Origin: Trichoplax adhaerens
Taxonomy: Eukaryota > Animalia > Placozoa
DNA length: 64,000 nucleotides
Direction: 5' to 3'
Assembly: GCF_000150275.1 (NCBI RefSeq)
Contig: NW_002060950.1
Location: forward strand, 1,538,106-1,602,105
Below, piece by piece: positions 41,101-56,200 of the stretch (its first letter is position 1; each line of letters begins with the position of its first letter). Below the pieces are notes generated by a model, which saw only the letters and a list, made by a program, of their open reading frames with translations, searched no databases and was not told the DNA's origin. Position numbers and translations under genes: made by a program.

Positions 41101-44100
41101 CTCTCATTTACACGCTCTAAAGCTATTCGCATTACAGATCACCTATATTCAAAATCGCGATTTTCTATTCACCATCGCAAATTGCTATTTAATATTTAAA
41201 ATATAATTCGCAGCCATGACTTTTTCAAATTTCTATTTCTAACCCGATGGTGTTGCTAAATATTGCTTTTTCTGACTAGTGCCATCACTACTTAGCGAAG
41301 CGATTCCAGAAACCTTAAATAACATTGATCAAAATTTAGGCGCTATACGCCAAATGGCTTATAAATATACTGGTTAGTAGCAATATTAGTTTATAAACAG
41401 AAACGGACTTGAAGTTTACATTAACACATTTTAATCTATCCTAATTTATACTAAATGTCTCATAATTTTATCGCTATATATGTATATAATCATATCAATT
41501 AAACCAGCATGATTTCTATATTCTATCCATTTTGAAATCGATAATAACCAATTATTTTCCTTCTGAATTAATAGCAATACTAAATAAGTATCAAGACCCA
41601 CATAATCGTAACGAGTCCGTACCTAATTTTTCACTAATCAAAGATTCCTTGGTTAATAGTCGTCAGCATGAGGGATTCTTGCAGATATTACTGGTAAGAT
41701 AGAAATAAAAGCATAGGATTTAAGGCAATAGCAACTCCACCAGCGAATAAACACATCATATTCAACCTGATGGACTATAGCACGCAATTTAATCTTTATC
41801 CATGCAATGCGTAACAATTTAGGATGATGCTCATAAATGTAATGATCACAGCAAATCTGTAGAAATTGAACTAAAAGATCGATTAAATGGCTTAAGAACG
41901 ATTGTTCAATCCAAGACTGCAGTACCTACTGCTCAAGTTTATGTAAGTACCATTAACAGAAAACAAGTTATGACGATAATTAATCATTATGAGCTCATTC
42001 CATAAAATTTATACTCATACCCTAATACAGTAATTAAGCACTCGATATTTGACATTTGAAATACACTATTACGTTATAGTATTTCAAAGTTATATATATA
42101 TAAAAATATAGTTGATCATCTACTAAAGAAATGTGGATAATACGCCGTTAATAGTACATGATAATGATATAGAGTCAGTAGTAATCTTTCTGTGATAATT
42201 TTAAGGCTTCTTTGATAAATAGCGATTTTTTTTAGCTACAGTAGCGTTGAATAAATGAAAATTATAGCATGTACCGATATCAAATGATAATGCAGATGCT
42301 CTATTCTATTTCAACAGCCTCAGTTTATTCGAGTAGCCCAACTTTGGAGAGGATTACAAGATGAATTAGTACTCCTCAGTGTGTTGAATAATATCCTCTA
42401 TAGTTTGGAGCCATTTGCCAGGGTAATCTTATTCTGTCATTTCAAAATTGTAAATTACATATTTCATCGGAGTAAATCATTTTTCTTCAATTAATACGAT
42501 TACATACTGCTCCAGCTATTTCAATTTTAGTACATGTTCAATCTAATGTTTTGCAGCTTAAATATTTTACTTTTAAACTGCAGTATACGTAATTTAATAG
42601 CCTAAAATTTAAATAACTGGAACTTTAATTCGTAGCTGTATTGACTTCAATACGCTATTTATTTAAATCCTGCTTAGTAGCACTTCTATCTATTAGCAAT
42701 CGAGAAAATCATGTTTTACACATGACAAATTTTATCAATATCATTTAACCATGTTATATTTAACAAAAACTAGTTGAGAAGGCATAAATCTTAGTATATC
42801 CTTTTTTAACTATTATTTAGCTTCATCAAGAGATATTTACCGACGAAGTATTGGAGCCGTACTTGGAATATGCTAATATTTTATCTGATGAAGAAAGAGT
42901 ACAATATGTTAGTAGAAACAGACATCGACGCATAACTACCATAAAATTTAAGAAATCTTTAATGTCTTTAATAAATTGAATGAAGAATTAATATCTTAAT
43001 ATACAACGCTAGAATACCGATCCAAAAAACCGTTTCAGTACCCTGTTATTTCCGAAAACAGATGTCCTCTTTCCTGAAACGACTAAAAATTTCGACAGCC
43101 TACCAATCCAATATAAGGCAAGAAATGCTTAAGTATCCTTATGAATGATCAGCACAATAATGAAATACTAGCATAGGAGTATAATTTCAATTCAATCTCA
43201 ATATATAGGGTTTTTGCGCTTATACTTGCGCTATTGAAGATCGATTTCTCTTGCCTGGAGATCCAAATATTGGTATTATTCGCTATAAAGGTCACAATTT
43301 TGCATTTTCATCACAAGAAGCCGCACATGAATTCGCTTCCGATCCTGATAAGTATGTTACTGAAAGCATCCTTCTCACTCATTTCCTATATGTAATTTAG
43401 CCTAGATCTGTTTACTGTTATTGTATTGAAGCCTTACAAAGCATGTTTATTGAATGCAACTTATTTCATGTTTAACTTAATTACTGGTGTCCGGTAATAT
43501 AAACAGGCATCTTGAATATACTATGAAACAGTACTTAAAGATAGTAATGTTATTGTACGAAATATACCTGTTATCGAGTAATATAAATGGCATCTTAAAT
43601 ATACTATGAAACAGTACTTAAAGATAGTAATGTTATTGTACGAAATGTACCTGTTATCGATTAATATTGCAGTACTTACTTTTTATTGAATTCCAAAACC
43701 GCTAGTTATATTAACATGGCAACTGAAAATGCAAAATTTCATCCTGAATTAATACAACTACTGGAGCTTCATAAACAATTTGCGACCATTAGCCCATATG
43801 GCAGAGTATGCAATAAACGCTTTAGTACTTCGTATCTATTCCTATCTATGATTAAATCGAGAGTATTTTATAACCGTATGTATATCATAAAAATTAAAAC
43901 TGCTTATTGAAATTTGTAAATAGGCTGCCGATTCAGGTAAAATGGTAGAAGCTCCTGTTACTAAAGCAGATATGGGAACACAAACTGATACGCATATATT
44001 AGAAAGCAATATCGTCAAATCTTACGAATGGAATGAGTGGGAACTCCGACGAAAAGCTTTAAAATTGGTCAGTATTTTTCGATATTTTAGTAATAGCTAA

Positions 44101-44527
44101 ATACAACTTCATTTTTACTCATATCGTTATTCCTCCGTTAATCAAGCGAATTCTCGGGTAATTATATGGCAAAATATTAAAAATATATTACAATAATTTC
44201 TTACAACTAAGGCTAATTTAAGAACTAAAGTAACCCATTCGGCACAAACTAATCTCAGCCACTTCCGGCGTGATAACATATCACAAGTTTATCTGCCAAA
44301 GTAAGTCTTGAAACGATTTCCTGATTACAACTTTTAACTAAACTAACTTGAAATCATTCCTTTATATCTATACTTATAACAGAGAAAACAAAACGCAAAC
44401 GAAAAAAGATTCCTATAGCAAGGTTCCTAAGCCATCACGCTATATTTCTGGCTTACGAGGCTGTTCATCAGAAGATACAGTCATGCAAACAGTCGATTTG
44501 ACTGTAACTGTTGAAGAAGATTTGTAA
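38145..44527 (+). CDS. CFAP206: Cilia- and flagella-associated protein 206 (C6orf165)
   Basis: MSKAQAESVIKNIIREIAQEC..VSETLVAFI-VKAIVLNP, SPSLDTIKMQVYFDMNY, VREATAALQSIFPQTEL, VTGIRLFNKDCGKG, KTAVPTAQVY-PQF, GFCAYT, GTQTDTHILESNIVKSYEWNEWELRRKALKL and THSAQT..SHFRRDN.SQVYLPK. Stop at 44525-44527. Confidence 0.95.
43118..43208 (+). other. GC-AG intron in CFAP206
   Basis: The conserved LPIQYK/GFCAYT frame is only restored using donor AAG/GCAAGA and acceptor TAG at 43206-43208. Confidence 0.75.
43494..43660. repeat. Recent 84/83-bp tandem duplication in a CFAP206 intron
   Basis: Two near-identical copies of GTAATATAAA..GGCATCTT.AATATACTATGAAACAGTACTTAAAGATAGTAATGTTATTGTACGAAAT.TACCTGTTATCGA. 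Confidence 0.9.
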
Positions 44528-47271
44528 TAACTGTAAAATTATAGATTATAGATAGTAATTTCGTAGACGTATCAAGGTAATTTAAAATTATAATGATAAG
44601 TATAGCAATAACGGATTCAAATCAGTCAAGTATCATTGTAAAATAAATTTCTATGCTAATAGCAATCCATTCCTCTAAGTTCAATATCTATGTTATGTCT
44701 ATATAGTTAAAAGTATTACAATGACAACAATCATATCGGATTCAAAATAGTAAAATCATAGACATAAAATATGCGAAATTGCTACCTATTTTGCAAAGTA
44801 AATCGGTAATCAATGATGACATTTTTATCATATCCTTTCGCACGTAACTGTATTCCATCGATTATCAATAATGACTTATTTAAACAATTTATGAAGTCAT
44901 AAATATTGCAGAGTCAATATTCGCTATCAAGCCCTTTTAAGACTCATAGCATAGATAATGGAGTAGTTTCATTACTCTATTTTGACTGAAATGATGACAA
45001 TATTAATCTTCATACTGTTGAATCTAGACTCTACATGTCATGGTAACAAATCTTAATTAAGAAATATATGAAATCGTTTGTTATTTTTTTTGTATAGCTA
45101 CCGAATCAAAATTTTCTACCCTTTTATAAGTAATTGTGCTAACCACTTCATTAAATTGTACTGCAATATTGGAAAATTTTTATTAACGTAAATTATTATC
45201 ATTAGAGCAGTGTAAAGACTGTATTATAAAATATCATTTATTATGTGCAATAAGCTTATTAAATAAAAACGCGATATTGGACTCTACCGATGACTATTTT
45301 ATCTTTTCCAATAAGCAAATTATCCTGTTCTTGATTGTAGTGAACCGTTAGACTAGATAACTGCTATGTATTTGTAGGATATTAAGGTACTTTCTAGCAG
45401 AAGAATGAACTCCATGTTAGCGTCAATTATTCATCAAGTCATTTCATTCATTTTATCGGTTAAATTGCCAACAAATTTTGATACCAATATTCATCTATGA
45501 TACTGTATATTTTCTACATTCTTCTTCTGTAATGAAGAGCATACCACTAAAATATAGTATATTTCAGCTATCTTACAGTATAATAAAATTCTAGAGTCAA
45601 TCTAACATTCAAATACCGTCAAAACTACAAAAGTAATTCGTGATCAAGATCTTTGCCTAAAATATAACTATTTTTACTCAGTTATTCCTTATCTAGTGTC
45701 TACCTATCTCGATCTAGAATGAACAGCTTAGAATAGCTCTATAGCAGACTTTCCTTCTTCAATATTGTCACAGCTACATCTTCACTATGTTAAATTTAAT
45801 GCATCTGAAGGTATAAATCAACCTTAACTGTATACATGTACTGTAAGTGTGACGGTATCGAATTTAGCACTTCTAAAGGCATTGCTCAATCGGGAATGTG
45901 CCGTACAAATTACTCTCGCATATTCCAGAATAACACCAATGCTGGAGATAGATTAGGTCAAGAATAGAATAGAATTAAATTGAAACAGCTGTTATAATAA
46001 CTGTTCAAATTAGATTGTTATCAGAAAGAATTTCAGGTACAATGACTACCTGAAGAATTCATCAGATCTGAAAAAAATTTATCTGCTTGAACTACTTGAT
46101 AAATTCTGGTTAGTTTTATCTCCTAGGATTACTATAAGCCTACATTTAACTTGAATTAAGCTAAAAGAAGATTCTGCACTTTAACGGTTTGCATATAATG
46201 GATAACCAGGAAACTGTTTGAGCCAGCAATTACAAAATTACCTGAAATTAATCACATTTTAAGGTCTTTGAATATCTTTATTCTTCTTCGAGCCTAATAG
46301 TAATTATTTAGCGTACTATCAATTCCCGAAATACTTCAATCTAAAAGTGCAAAATTTATTATAGCTACAATACGATAAGTCGACCTAACAAATCGATTTA
46401 GTCTACACTTACAGTAATAAATAACAGCATTTTCAGCAAATATGTATATATATTGCTTTGTCGTGATATTACTTCGTCGAGAAGTTAAATTTCATTAAAT
46501 CTAGATTTATCTTCGCAACAGTGATGAAAATACTCACTCTAATTAAAAACTAGCTTTGATAACCTTAGTATTTATGATTTCTTTAATTAGTGATGCTATA
46601 CTCTAGCATTGCATTTAGTTGTGAACTTTGTTAATAAGAATAGCCTAATCATATCTAAATATGAATAGTATTACTTCTTAACACTTTTTTAACCAGCATT
46701 GAATATACGATATTGCAATTACAGATAATTCTACCTTAAGATAATCAGTAAAAAAAACTATGAAATAACTTTTCAATCTTGGTGACTTAAACTAATAGTC
46801 AATAGCATAAATCTAAATTATTTAAACGTGATTCGATAATTTCAATATTTGTAGGTAGCCTATTATATCTATCTATTCTACAAATTATGCCTGAACAAGG
46901 AGAGTATCACGGAGGACGTTCATCTTGAAATTATGAATGTATAAATCAATTATTTTCTTTGATCTAATGATGGATGTGAATTAAATCTCGAAGATTTTTA
47001 TAACATTAACTAGATTAGCCAGCTTTTAAGTTATGTTAACTATACTATAACTCCAATTCCATCAAATAAATCAAAAATATTATAAGCAGCATCCATAGAC
47101 GAGAATTAAAAGAATTTTAGCGTGTTAATAAAACAGATATCTTATCTTATAAAGTACTAATTTGCTTAACTAAGAATTATTTAAAGATATTTTAAGCTAA
47201 ACTAAGATTGATTTTAACAGTCATAAAATTAGTAAGCAAACATATCTAAAAGTAGCCCAGCAGCATAGAAC

Positions 47272-50200
47272 TTAGATATGCATTTGTGATGGCGCTTGCT
47301 GCATAACCTGAGCCGGCTGAGATGGAGCTTGTTGCTGCATAACTTGAACTGGTTGAGGAGTAGCATGTTGGCGCAAAACTTGCACTGGTTGAGGTGTGGT
47401 TTGCTGTTGCATAATTCGAACTGGTTGAGGTCTGGTTTGCTGTTGCATAATTCGAACCGGTTGAGGTGTTGTCTGCTGTCTTGGTTGCATAACTTGAGTT
47501 ACTGGTGATAGCATCTGAGCGGGATTGCTACCTGTTGTAGCAATATATTGCGATTGCTGAGCGGGAATAACACCTTCTTGAACAGCTTGCTGTGGAGAAG
47601 CAATAACGGTTCTAACGGGTTGGCCTTGAGGATAGCGATTAAATTGTGCTGGAGAATTGCGTTGAACCTGTTGCATAATACGTGGTTGAGCCTGAGCTGA
47701 TGGATTAATCGGCCTTGTAACTACCGAATAGGTTGGAGGAGGGTGCTGTTGAGCAGTTGATTGCTGATAGACTGGCGTTCCGATTGGAGTTACAGGCATT
47801 TGACGGACAGGGCGTATAGCTGGTGAACTACCAGTTCTAACAGGTTGGACTATACGTCTTGGTGGTGAAGATGTTGCTACAACAGATTGCTGTTGGCTCT
47901 GATTTTGTTGGACAATCGGTGATGGACGCATCGTTATCGTCGATGGATGTGGATTTTGAGGTTGGATATAACGTATACTTGATTGTCGAACCGGTTTATG
48001 CGGAACTGATGGTGGAACATATTCAATGATCTGATGATGATCAGCATAGTCTTCAGACTCATGATTGACTTCTTTTGGAACTACTGCAACTGGTTTTGGA
48101 AGATCATCATGCTTCGATCTGAGTCTTTCATCAGGAGCTTCAACATCCACTACATTGGATGGTGTCGGTAATCCTACTGTTAATACATAACGATAAAAAG
48201 GATAAGGATATAGTCTTAGTCTCAATTACTAGAAATCAGCTAATAAGCATCGAATCAATCTCTTGAATAGAAATATAATGCAACACTATGATAATCCTAA
48301 ACACACCTTTATTCAATTTCCTAGGTGATATTTGATCCGGAGCAGTCTGAGGTCTAGAATCATCAGCTACAACCGCTGCACCTGCTACCACAGCGCTATC
48401 ATCAGCTGCCTGAAGCAGACTGGAACTTGACTTTTTTTTCTTATTTCGTCTTTTCCTTTTCTTCTTCGATACCGATTTCGAAGCCACATCGCTATCAACA
48501 GTCTTAGTGACATCATTGCTTTGTTTAGCAGTTACATTCTCTTCAATTTTGTTTTCTTCAAACTTAACTTTCTTTTCTACATCTTCAACATCATCCTTTT
48601 CGTCTTCATCTGCCAACTCTAATTTACTTTTAACAACACCAACTTGAGTATGATTGGAATCTTCATGTTCCTGCTTCAACTCGATTTCTTTAGGTTGATC
48701 ATGATATTCAGCAGCCCCTTCAACTGTTACAACTTCAGTTGCAACTTCTAACGCTTTGGGCTCTTCAACATCATTCTTGGCTTCTTCAGCTTTCGATTTT
48801 ACCTTATTTAATTCGACAAATTCAGCTTGATTATCTTTTTCTGGAGGTGCATTATTCCTAAATGGTAAGTATAATAAATGAAAATCAATTCATTCCTTGG
48901 TAATTGGCAATCATTATCCAATATCATTAAGATATCGCCTCTACTAGTGATAAGATATTAAGCTATTGAGAGTATCGACTCATCAAACAAATGCCTACGT
49001 ATAAGCAGTAGTTTTTTATATTTTGATTAAAAATAGATGGAAGAAAATGGCTATAGATGGTAAGAAATACTCAAGGCAGGATACATATGCCTGTAGGACT
49101 AAGCTAAAATTTTTTATCATATGTCAAAATAATCCTTGATTAATAGTAACACGAACTTAGGATTTTAAACTACTTACAGGCCTTCTTCGATATCCCGACT
49201 GGATGATTTCTCTTCAATTAAACTATTTTAAAAATGAATAAGAGAATTAGATGGACAGAAATGGATAGAAATCATTCTGCTATGATAAACAACTCCGGTT
49301 GTACCACGCTATCTCAACTTAAGATTGAAATTGAAATTCGAACTAAAGGAAATAATTTACGCAAGGTATTAAATTAATTATTCAATGATAGTTAAAAATA
49401 ATTATCAAGACAAACTTACTGTTTCTTGATATCTTCATTTGATGGTGCAACTTGTGATTTTTTCCTACAAAAATGAGATGGAAAATAGATAATTACATTC
49501 TAAGATCAACCAATTCCATACTCAGATCATGGTTAAGATTAAGCGTGTATAGAGGTAGGAATAATCGATTCTTGAAACTTCATAACAAAAACTACAGTAA
49601 ATTACGTGTATAAAAGAAACTTACGCAACAGTGTGGTGATCAGCGTATTCATACTTCATGATTCGTAAAAATTTAGCGAATTTAATAGCCATGATAATGA
49701 CTGGGATGAAGAAAAATTCGGAAATCCCAATAGAAAACCAATAGCTATTCTAAAATTGAATAAATAGGATCTATTATATATGAGGCAATCGATATTGGAG
49801 CAGTATGTTAAGATGAAGCAAGAAGATATGTTTGAAAGCTAACTTACGAATCCATCTAATAATCGATGGCAACCCAATGTTGTAAGGCCATTCCATGCAT
49901 TTCCAAGTAAACCGGTAGGACTAGCTACATTTACCAACTGTATAAGAGGAAGAGAAAAAGGTACAAGGTAAAGCATGATGCTGATAAAGGATGCAATCTT
50001 GATGACAATATTAACTACTGCTATTAACGAAGAATATAGCTATCATTAATTTCATCATCTATCTATCCAAAGTGAGGTAATGACATAAGTCTGAAGATAG
50101 CTAGGAGGGAATTATGTTTTTAAACTTCATGGACTACTGCCTTCTAAACGTATTGGATTGCATTAATATCTCTAGTCATGGACGATTATATTAATTCATC

Positions 50201-53200
50201 GGTATTATTATTGTTCCTATTCTAAGAGTATTCTAGACTTTATCATCAGGACTATTGTAATATGGTTAACTTTTGCTATGATACAATTGCTAATTCTTCC
50301 TTATCACATTCATATCAATATTCTAGACTATAACATGATAACTATTTAAGATTAATTATTTTAACAAGCTCAATTACCAATGACTTACAGTGTAATTAGC
50401 GTAATTGTTGTATTGAATAGTGAAAGAGTTAATCTTGACTCTAGCGCTATTAACAGGCTGTGAAATAGAAGCATATACATATTAGAATGATGCATAAAAG
50501 AACTGGTTTACTGTACGTGGTAACATATTTGATTATACTATAATTAATATTAATGATTTACGTACCTGATAAAATGTAATATTATTGCTAACTTTCAATC
50601 GTCTGGTTCCATCGTCAGCAGTTTGAATAGTATTATTAATTGTAGTCTGTGTGGAAAATATGAAGACAGCATTAATCATCTGGGAACGCATAGATAAAAA
50701 GAACGGAGATCTTAATTTATTATATCTTAATATACCATTGATGTTTGTGAGATCGATTTCAGAGCTGTCAAATTAGCATTTAGTTGATTCTGCAAAAATT
50801 GAATCCATTAAATATATTGGAATTTTATGATAATAGTAAATATTGATAATAAAATTACTAGTATTAAAATAATTAGCCATGCAATCTAGTTAATAATTAG
50901 AAGGATTACCTTATCTGGGATAATTTGGCTTTTAATTTTTGCGTCCATTGCTCGAAAGCTAGCAACGGCAAGATCGTATGGCTTTCTATTATTAAGCTAA
51001 TATAAGCAATGAAAGCCATCAGAATTTTTGTTACTTTGTCAATTAAACATAGCTTATACGTTATACCTCAATAAATCAATTAGGGAGTTACATGTATTAG
51101 CTTACCGGGACAGTAGTAAATGATTTGAGATAATCTTCTAGCTGTTGAGCTAATTGTAGCAAATCAACACCATTGGTCATTGGCTGCTGTAGCTGTTGCC
51201 ATCCAAAATGCGACCGATCGTTAGATTAAACGTTATTAAAATTTATGTTGAATGCGTATTCTCGACAATTAAGTAGGTGTTAGGATACTTACCACGTTTG
51301 AAAATGATGCATAATTGATCATTTGTGTATCCATACGATAGCGTTGTAAGCTGCTACGAAGATTAGCTGGCATAACATTGACATTATTGACAAAGTCTAC
51401 AGTTTTATTTAATTGGCCATTAAGAGACTTAATTTTCTAATCAAAGTCAAATTGGAAATAATGAATTACATCAGCACAAATGTGAAAACCCTTTCATCAT
51501 CTATCAGCCCATATTGCATTACATCATTGCTACTTACTGCTTGTAAAGTATCAAAAGCTACAGACCAATTATAGTAATCAACGATAGGCTGAAATGTCCT
51601 ATAAAGTGAGCTGTTATGTTGGCAGTTCCTGTTATTAAAAATAAAGCATAAAGAATATTACATGCTTGCTCATAACAGATAGAGAGTAAGGATATTCAAT
51701 AATGGAATCAGGTATTAACTATTTCTGACTAGTCAATCAAGCATAGCTATAAAACGATTTTCAGTAGCCAAATAAAAACAAATCAAGATTGCTAATATTG
51801 CTCCCTAGAGATTGGAATCAATTTCATTCCAACTCTTAGATATGTAAAATTAAATCAAACAGACCTGACAATGGATGAAAATTTAACTGGTGCGTTGCCA
51901 TCTTTTAGCCATAAAACTCCCAATGGATATTCGCCATACGCAGTCTTATTATCAATAGTCTAGGATTCCATAGGAGAGCAATAGAATGATGGTTAGCTAG
52001 TAAAAGTAGTTTAGAATTGTGTTATATGTCTATAGCTTGAAATTAAATTATGGAACCTTCTCGAACGCTTCCAGAGAGACAATTCGTGGACAAATTAAGG
52101 CTGCATTAGAACCAGCAAATAACATGATAGCGGAAATGATGAAGAAGAAAAATCCCAAAATGATCAAGATGGATGCAGCTCTAGAATGTGCAAAATAGCA
52201 TGTCAAAAAGTTAAGGTTAGAACTTAATAACCCTGGCGATAAAGAAGTTCGTTAGAATTTATTATAAATTATTAGATTCAATGTTTAAATAATTAACCAT
52301 TATATTCAATGCTATATCTAAAGCTTAAAGTTTTATATAAGAGTATAAGAAAATAACATCATCGATTCCTTACGCCATTAACATATGTCCACCAGCATTG
52401 GAAGTTCGAGTTCTATTTCGTGAATCAATTCCTTTTTTATAACCAATGCAGCCTAATAGTACACCAATGTAGAGGAAGAGGGAGACAAGAATGATCACGG
52501 CTCCAAAGAAGATGAAAAAAATCATGCTAGAAATGCCAAAATTGACAAACATGAATAAATTTACGGGCTCTCATGTTTAGTACTTTATACAAATTCTATG
52601 TATATTAAAATTTTCTTTTAACTTACGAAGCATGATAAATACTAGTGGCAACACCATTAGGACCAATAGCTTCAATAACGTCTTTCTGAGTATCTTGGCT
52701 TAATAGTGGATTAAACGTCTACACAAATCACGTAAAATGTTTTAATTGTTTAGCAGCATGGTTAAATTATTCTAAAAATAGCAATCATCTCAAATATATT
52801 ATCTATAATTTAGCCTTCGTTCGATAGCGGCCCACTATTTATGAATAATAATCAGTTCAACTATATGCTCTATAATTTAGCATTAACTGGATATGAACTA
52901 CTTTAATCATATAGTAATCATCCCAATAAATATTCTACTATTTTATCTTTGCCATATTATCCATTCGATAGTGAACTACTTTTAGATAGACTTGACTTAT
53001 AAATATTTTGTCATTTAGCAATTGGTTAACAGCGAGCAACTGCTTATAAATGACACTCAACTAAAATACTGAACTTACATCATCGGTTATTTGAACAAAA
53101 AAGTTATATTGATTGGTAAAAGCTATTCTGGCGGTAGTAATCGCTTGATTAGCAACTGTAGAAAAGAAAGATCATGTTTAAAGTTATTTATGCATCGGAT

Positions 53201-56200
53201 TTGGTTAAAAAATTCTAGTTGAATATTTACTAAATGCAGATAAATTAAGAGATACTTTGCAAAATAATTTCATTGTCATCGTAGCTTATAGTTAGTACAG
53301 ATTCGGGTAGAATTATGAAGTAGATATGGTGGCTGTTTGACATTTTTAGACGGTCAATCGCGTAAAACAATTACTCGTATCATTTCTTACCTTGCTTAGT
53401 GTTAGTCATGGCAGAAGAAACTGAAGTTGTGACTAGATTGCAACCCTAAATTAATACCGTGAAGAAAGAATGGCATGAGTAAAAATGGCATAACTATAAA
53501 ATATTTTCCCAACCTATCTTACCTGAGCTGCTAGCGTTGCTAGTTTAGCAGCAATGAGTTGATCAATATCATTTTTTATATTGGTTAAATCTTGCATCTA
53601 GAAATGAATGCAATTAAATGATTTATCGTGAAAACGTCTACATAAGATAGAACGCATCGTTCGCTTTAAAGTATACCTGAGAGAAATCTGCTGAAAATTG
53701 AGCTGTGTTAACATTGATTGTAAAATTAGAACAAGCATTGCCGCAAAATACGATAGAATTGGTAATGTTGGTTCTTGCATCCGCTAAGGTCTTGCTAATT
53801 TCTTGCTGTAAGCTGATCAATCGATTTCTTTGATGCATGATATTTCGTATGTCTGAACTAGTTTGGGCCATATCTAAAGGATTGGCACAATCATTTAAGA
53901 ATTCAAGAAGCAAAGCGCGGCAATTTATAACGTGTTTTTGTCGATATTTATCATGATATACATCTTCCTATCTAGATCAATTAATTCAATAAATATACTA
54001 CTGTTATTTATTTCCCCTTTTTTGTAGATAATTATCATGCTATACACTTTCCTATTTTGATTACTTAATTCAAGAAATGTACTAAAATTATTTACTCCAC
54101 ATTTTGGTAGGTATTCTTATGATCTCTGCGCGTACTAGAGTTATTACATGATTTGGTAGATATTTATCATCATCTATACTAACGTTATTTCACATTTTGC
54201 TAAATATTTATCATCATCTATACCACAGTTATTTGACGTTTTGATAGATATTTATCATCATCTATACTAAAGTTATTCCACGTTTTAGTAGATATTTATC
54301 ATGATATACAGCGTCCTAACTCGATCATTTTCTAATCTACTTACTAATTTGAATATTCTTAACGTTATTGACAATGGTTTGTTCGTTAGAATGGCAAACA
54401 AAATCGTTAATACTTGTAGGCAATCCTATAGATTTGATCCAATGTAATAGTAATAGTAAAATAGTTTTAAAAATAAAGAAAGCGAATCATTTAGATGCTA
54501 GAACGGCTATTTGTAAGCGCGTACTATCAGCTGTATTACAAGTTAATCAATTAAATCTATATACCATTAACTCTGACAGAGACTTGATCCAGCATGAAAT
54601 TCGATTTAGTAACCACAATGTCTTGAATTTGCTATATTGTAAAATATTCAATTTGTATAGTAAACCAATTAAATAAGCGGATTAGCATATGAAATGATAG
54701 AATCAATTCTCTAATACTATATTCACATGATAGGCAATTGTAGGCTAAATTTTGAAAACGATATTACAAATGAGCGTCAATAATGTGCGGTAATTACTAA
54801 AATAGATGATGACAATTTTAGTGCTAAATAGATAGAACAGCAACATCCATAAATATCATCTGTCTCTACCTATACTAAATTTGCGGCATAAAATTGACAT
54901 TACTGTAGTGATTGAAATTGTTGCCAGGTCATATGGCATTCTATCGAGTAAATCACTCTTATATCACTGGAATAATCAGTCAATTCTACTAACATTTTTT
55001 CCTTTATCGACAAAACTTTGTACATCTGTTCTTGCTTTTTGAACTGTTGGTAGACCAGTGCTATAAGCATAGAGCAATTCGCTAACAGCAAAGATGGAGC
55101 AAATCCCTCCGGCCCTGGCAAAGGAAATCGGAAAAGAATTTAGTATCAGACAACTTGTTTATAGCATTTTGTTTTAATGGCTTTAATGTAGGAATTAGAA
55201 AAAGCTAAAAAAAATTCTATCGCTAGCTATGAGCCACTGGCTGTTTTGGTTAGACGTTAATATATAGGAAGTTTTATATACGAGTAGAATAAAAATAGAT
55301 GGGGCAATAGATCAGCTTATTAGTCTTGAACTGCTCAATGTAATTATTTAACATCGATAGCAAAGATAGATCGAATGACTGCATCAGAGATTGCGATTTA
55401 TCAAATGGGAAAATAAGAGAAACTTGATATAGAGTCCGGTGTTTGCAAAAGAAAATAATTCAAAAAATGACCAAGTGTCTATCTAATATCTTATTGCAAC
55501 AGTCAGTCAGAAACCAAAAGTTCTTTCGAAATGACTATGAACAAGATCCTTGAATGCGTCTTGTACAAATGGGATCATCATGGTAAAGAGGTATTTAGCT
55601 TACTCTGCATGGTTAAGAATTAGGGGGTAAAAGGAGAAATGAATAAACTGATGCAGATGGAATAAATAGGGATGATAATAAGTTACTTTATTAAGGAAGA
55701 ATCTAGGAATAAGAACAGTAGAAGAATAAGCTGTATTGGTTAGAAAATGAACTACTATTTGCTTGATATCCTCATTCAACAGTCAGGAAGAAACAAGCAG
55801 TCCCTTGGATATGGCTGAGAACGATATCCTCATTACGAGTTTCTACCCATCGCAAGTAAAAGGGAAGATGGAAATGACATTCATTTACTTACAAGATGAA
55901 GGTAGCAAATATAACCAACCAAAAGGAATAACAAAAACGCGTATATCTTTCAGTTTTAGGGGGTCTTTGAACCAATTCGCCACCACAATTTCCTTGACAT
56001 CGGCAAATACAGAAAATGAGGCCGACAATTGGCAAAACGATACCGATGATTATTCCTAGAATGGCCATAGCCCAAAATGGTGCCTCATATTCTGCAGCCT
56101 AGTGTATAGAAAACAATTTGCATTAATTCATTTTACATCACTTGGAATTTTCCTTCATCGACTACATTCATATCCGTTGCCTTGACTGGAGATTGAATGC

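Noticed and set aside
43133-43140. GTATCCTT U12-like donor inside the CFAP206 GC-AG intron
   Set aside because: Using it would include an in-frame TAA immediately upstream.
51280-51291. GTATCCTA at +5 of a prominin donor
   Set aside because: The canonical GTAAGT donor keeps the frame, while the U12-like site would shift it into a stop.
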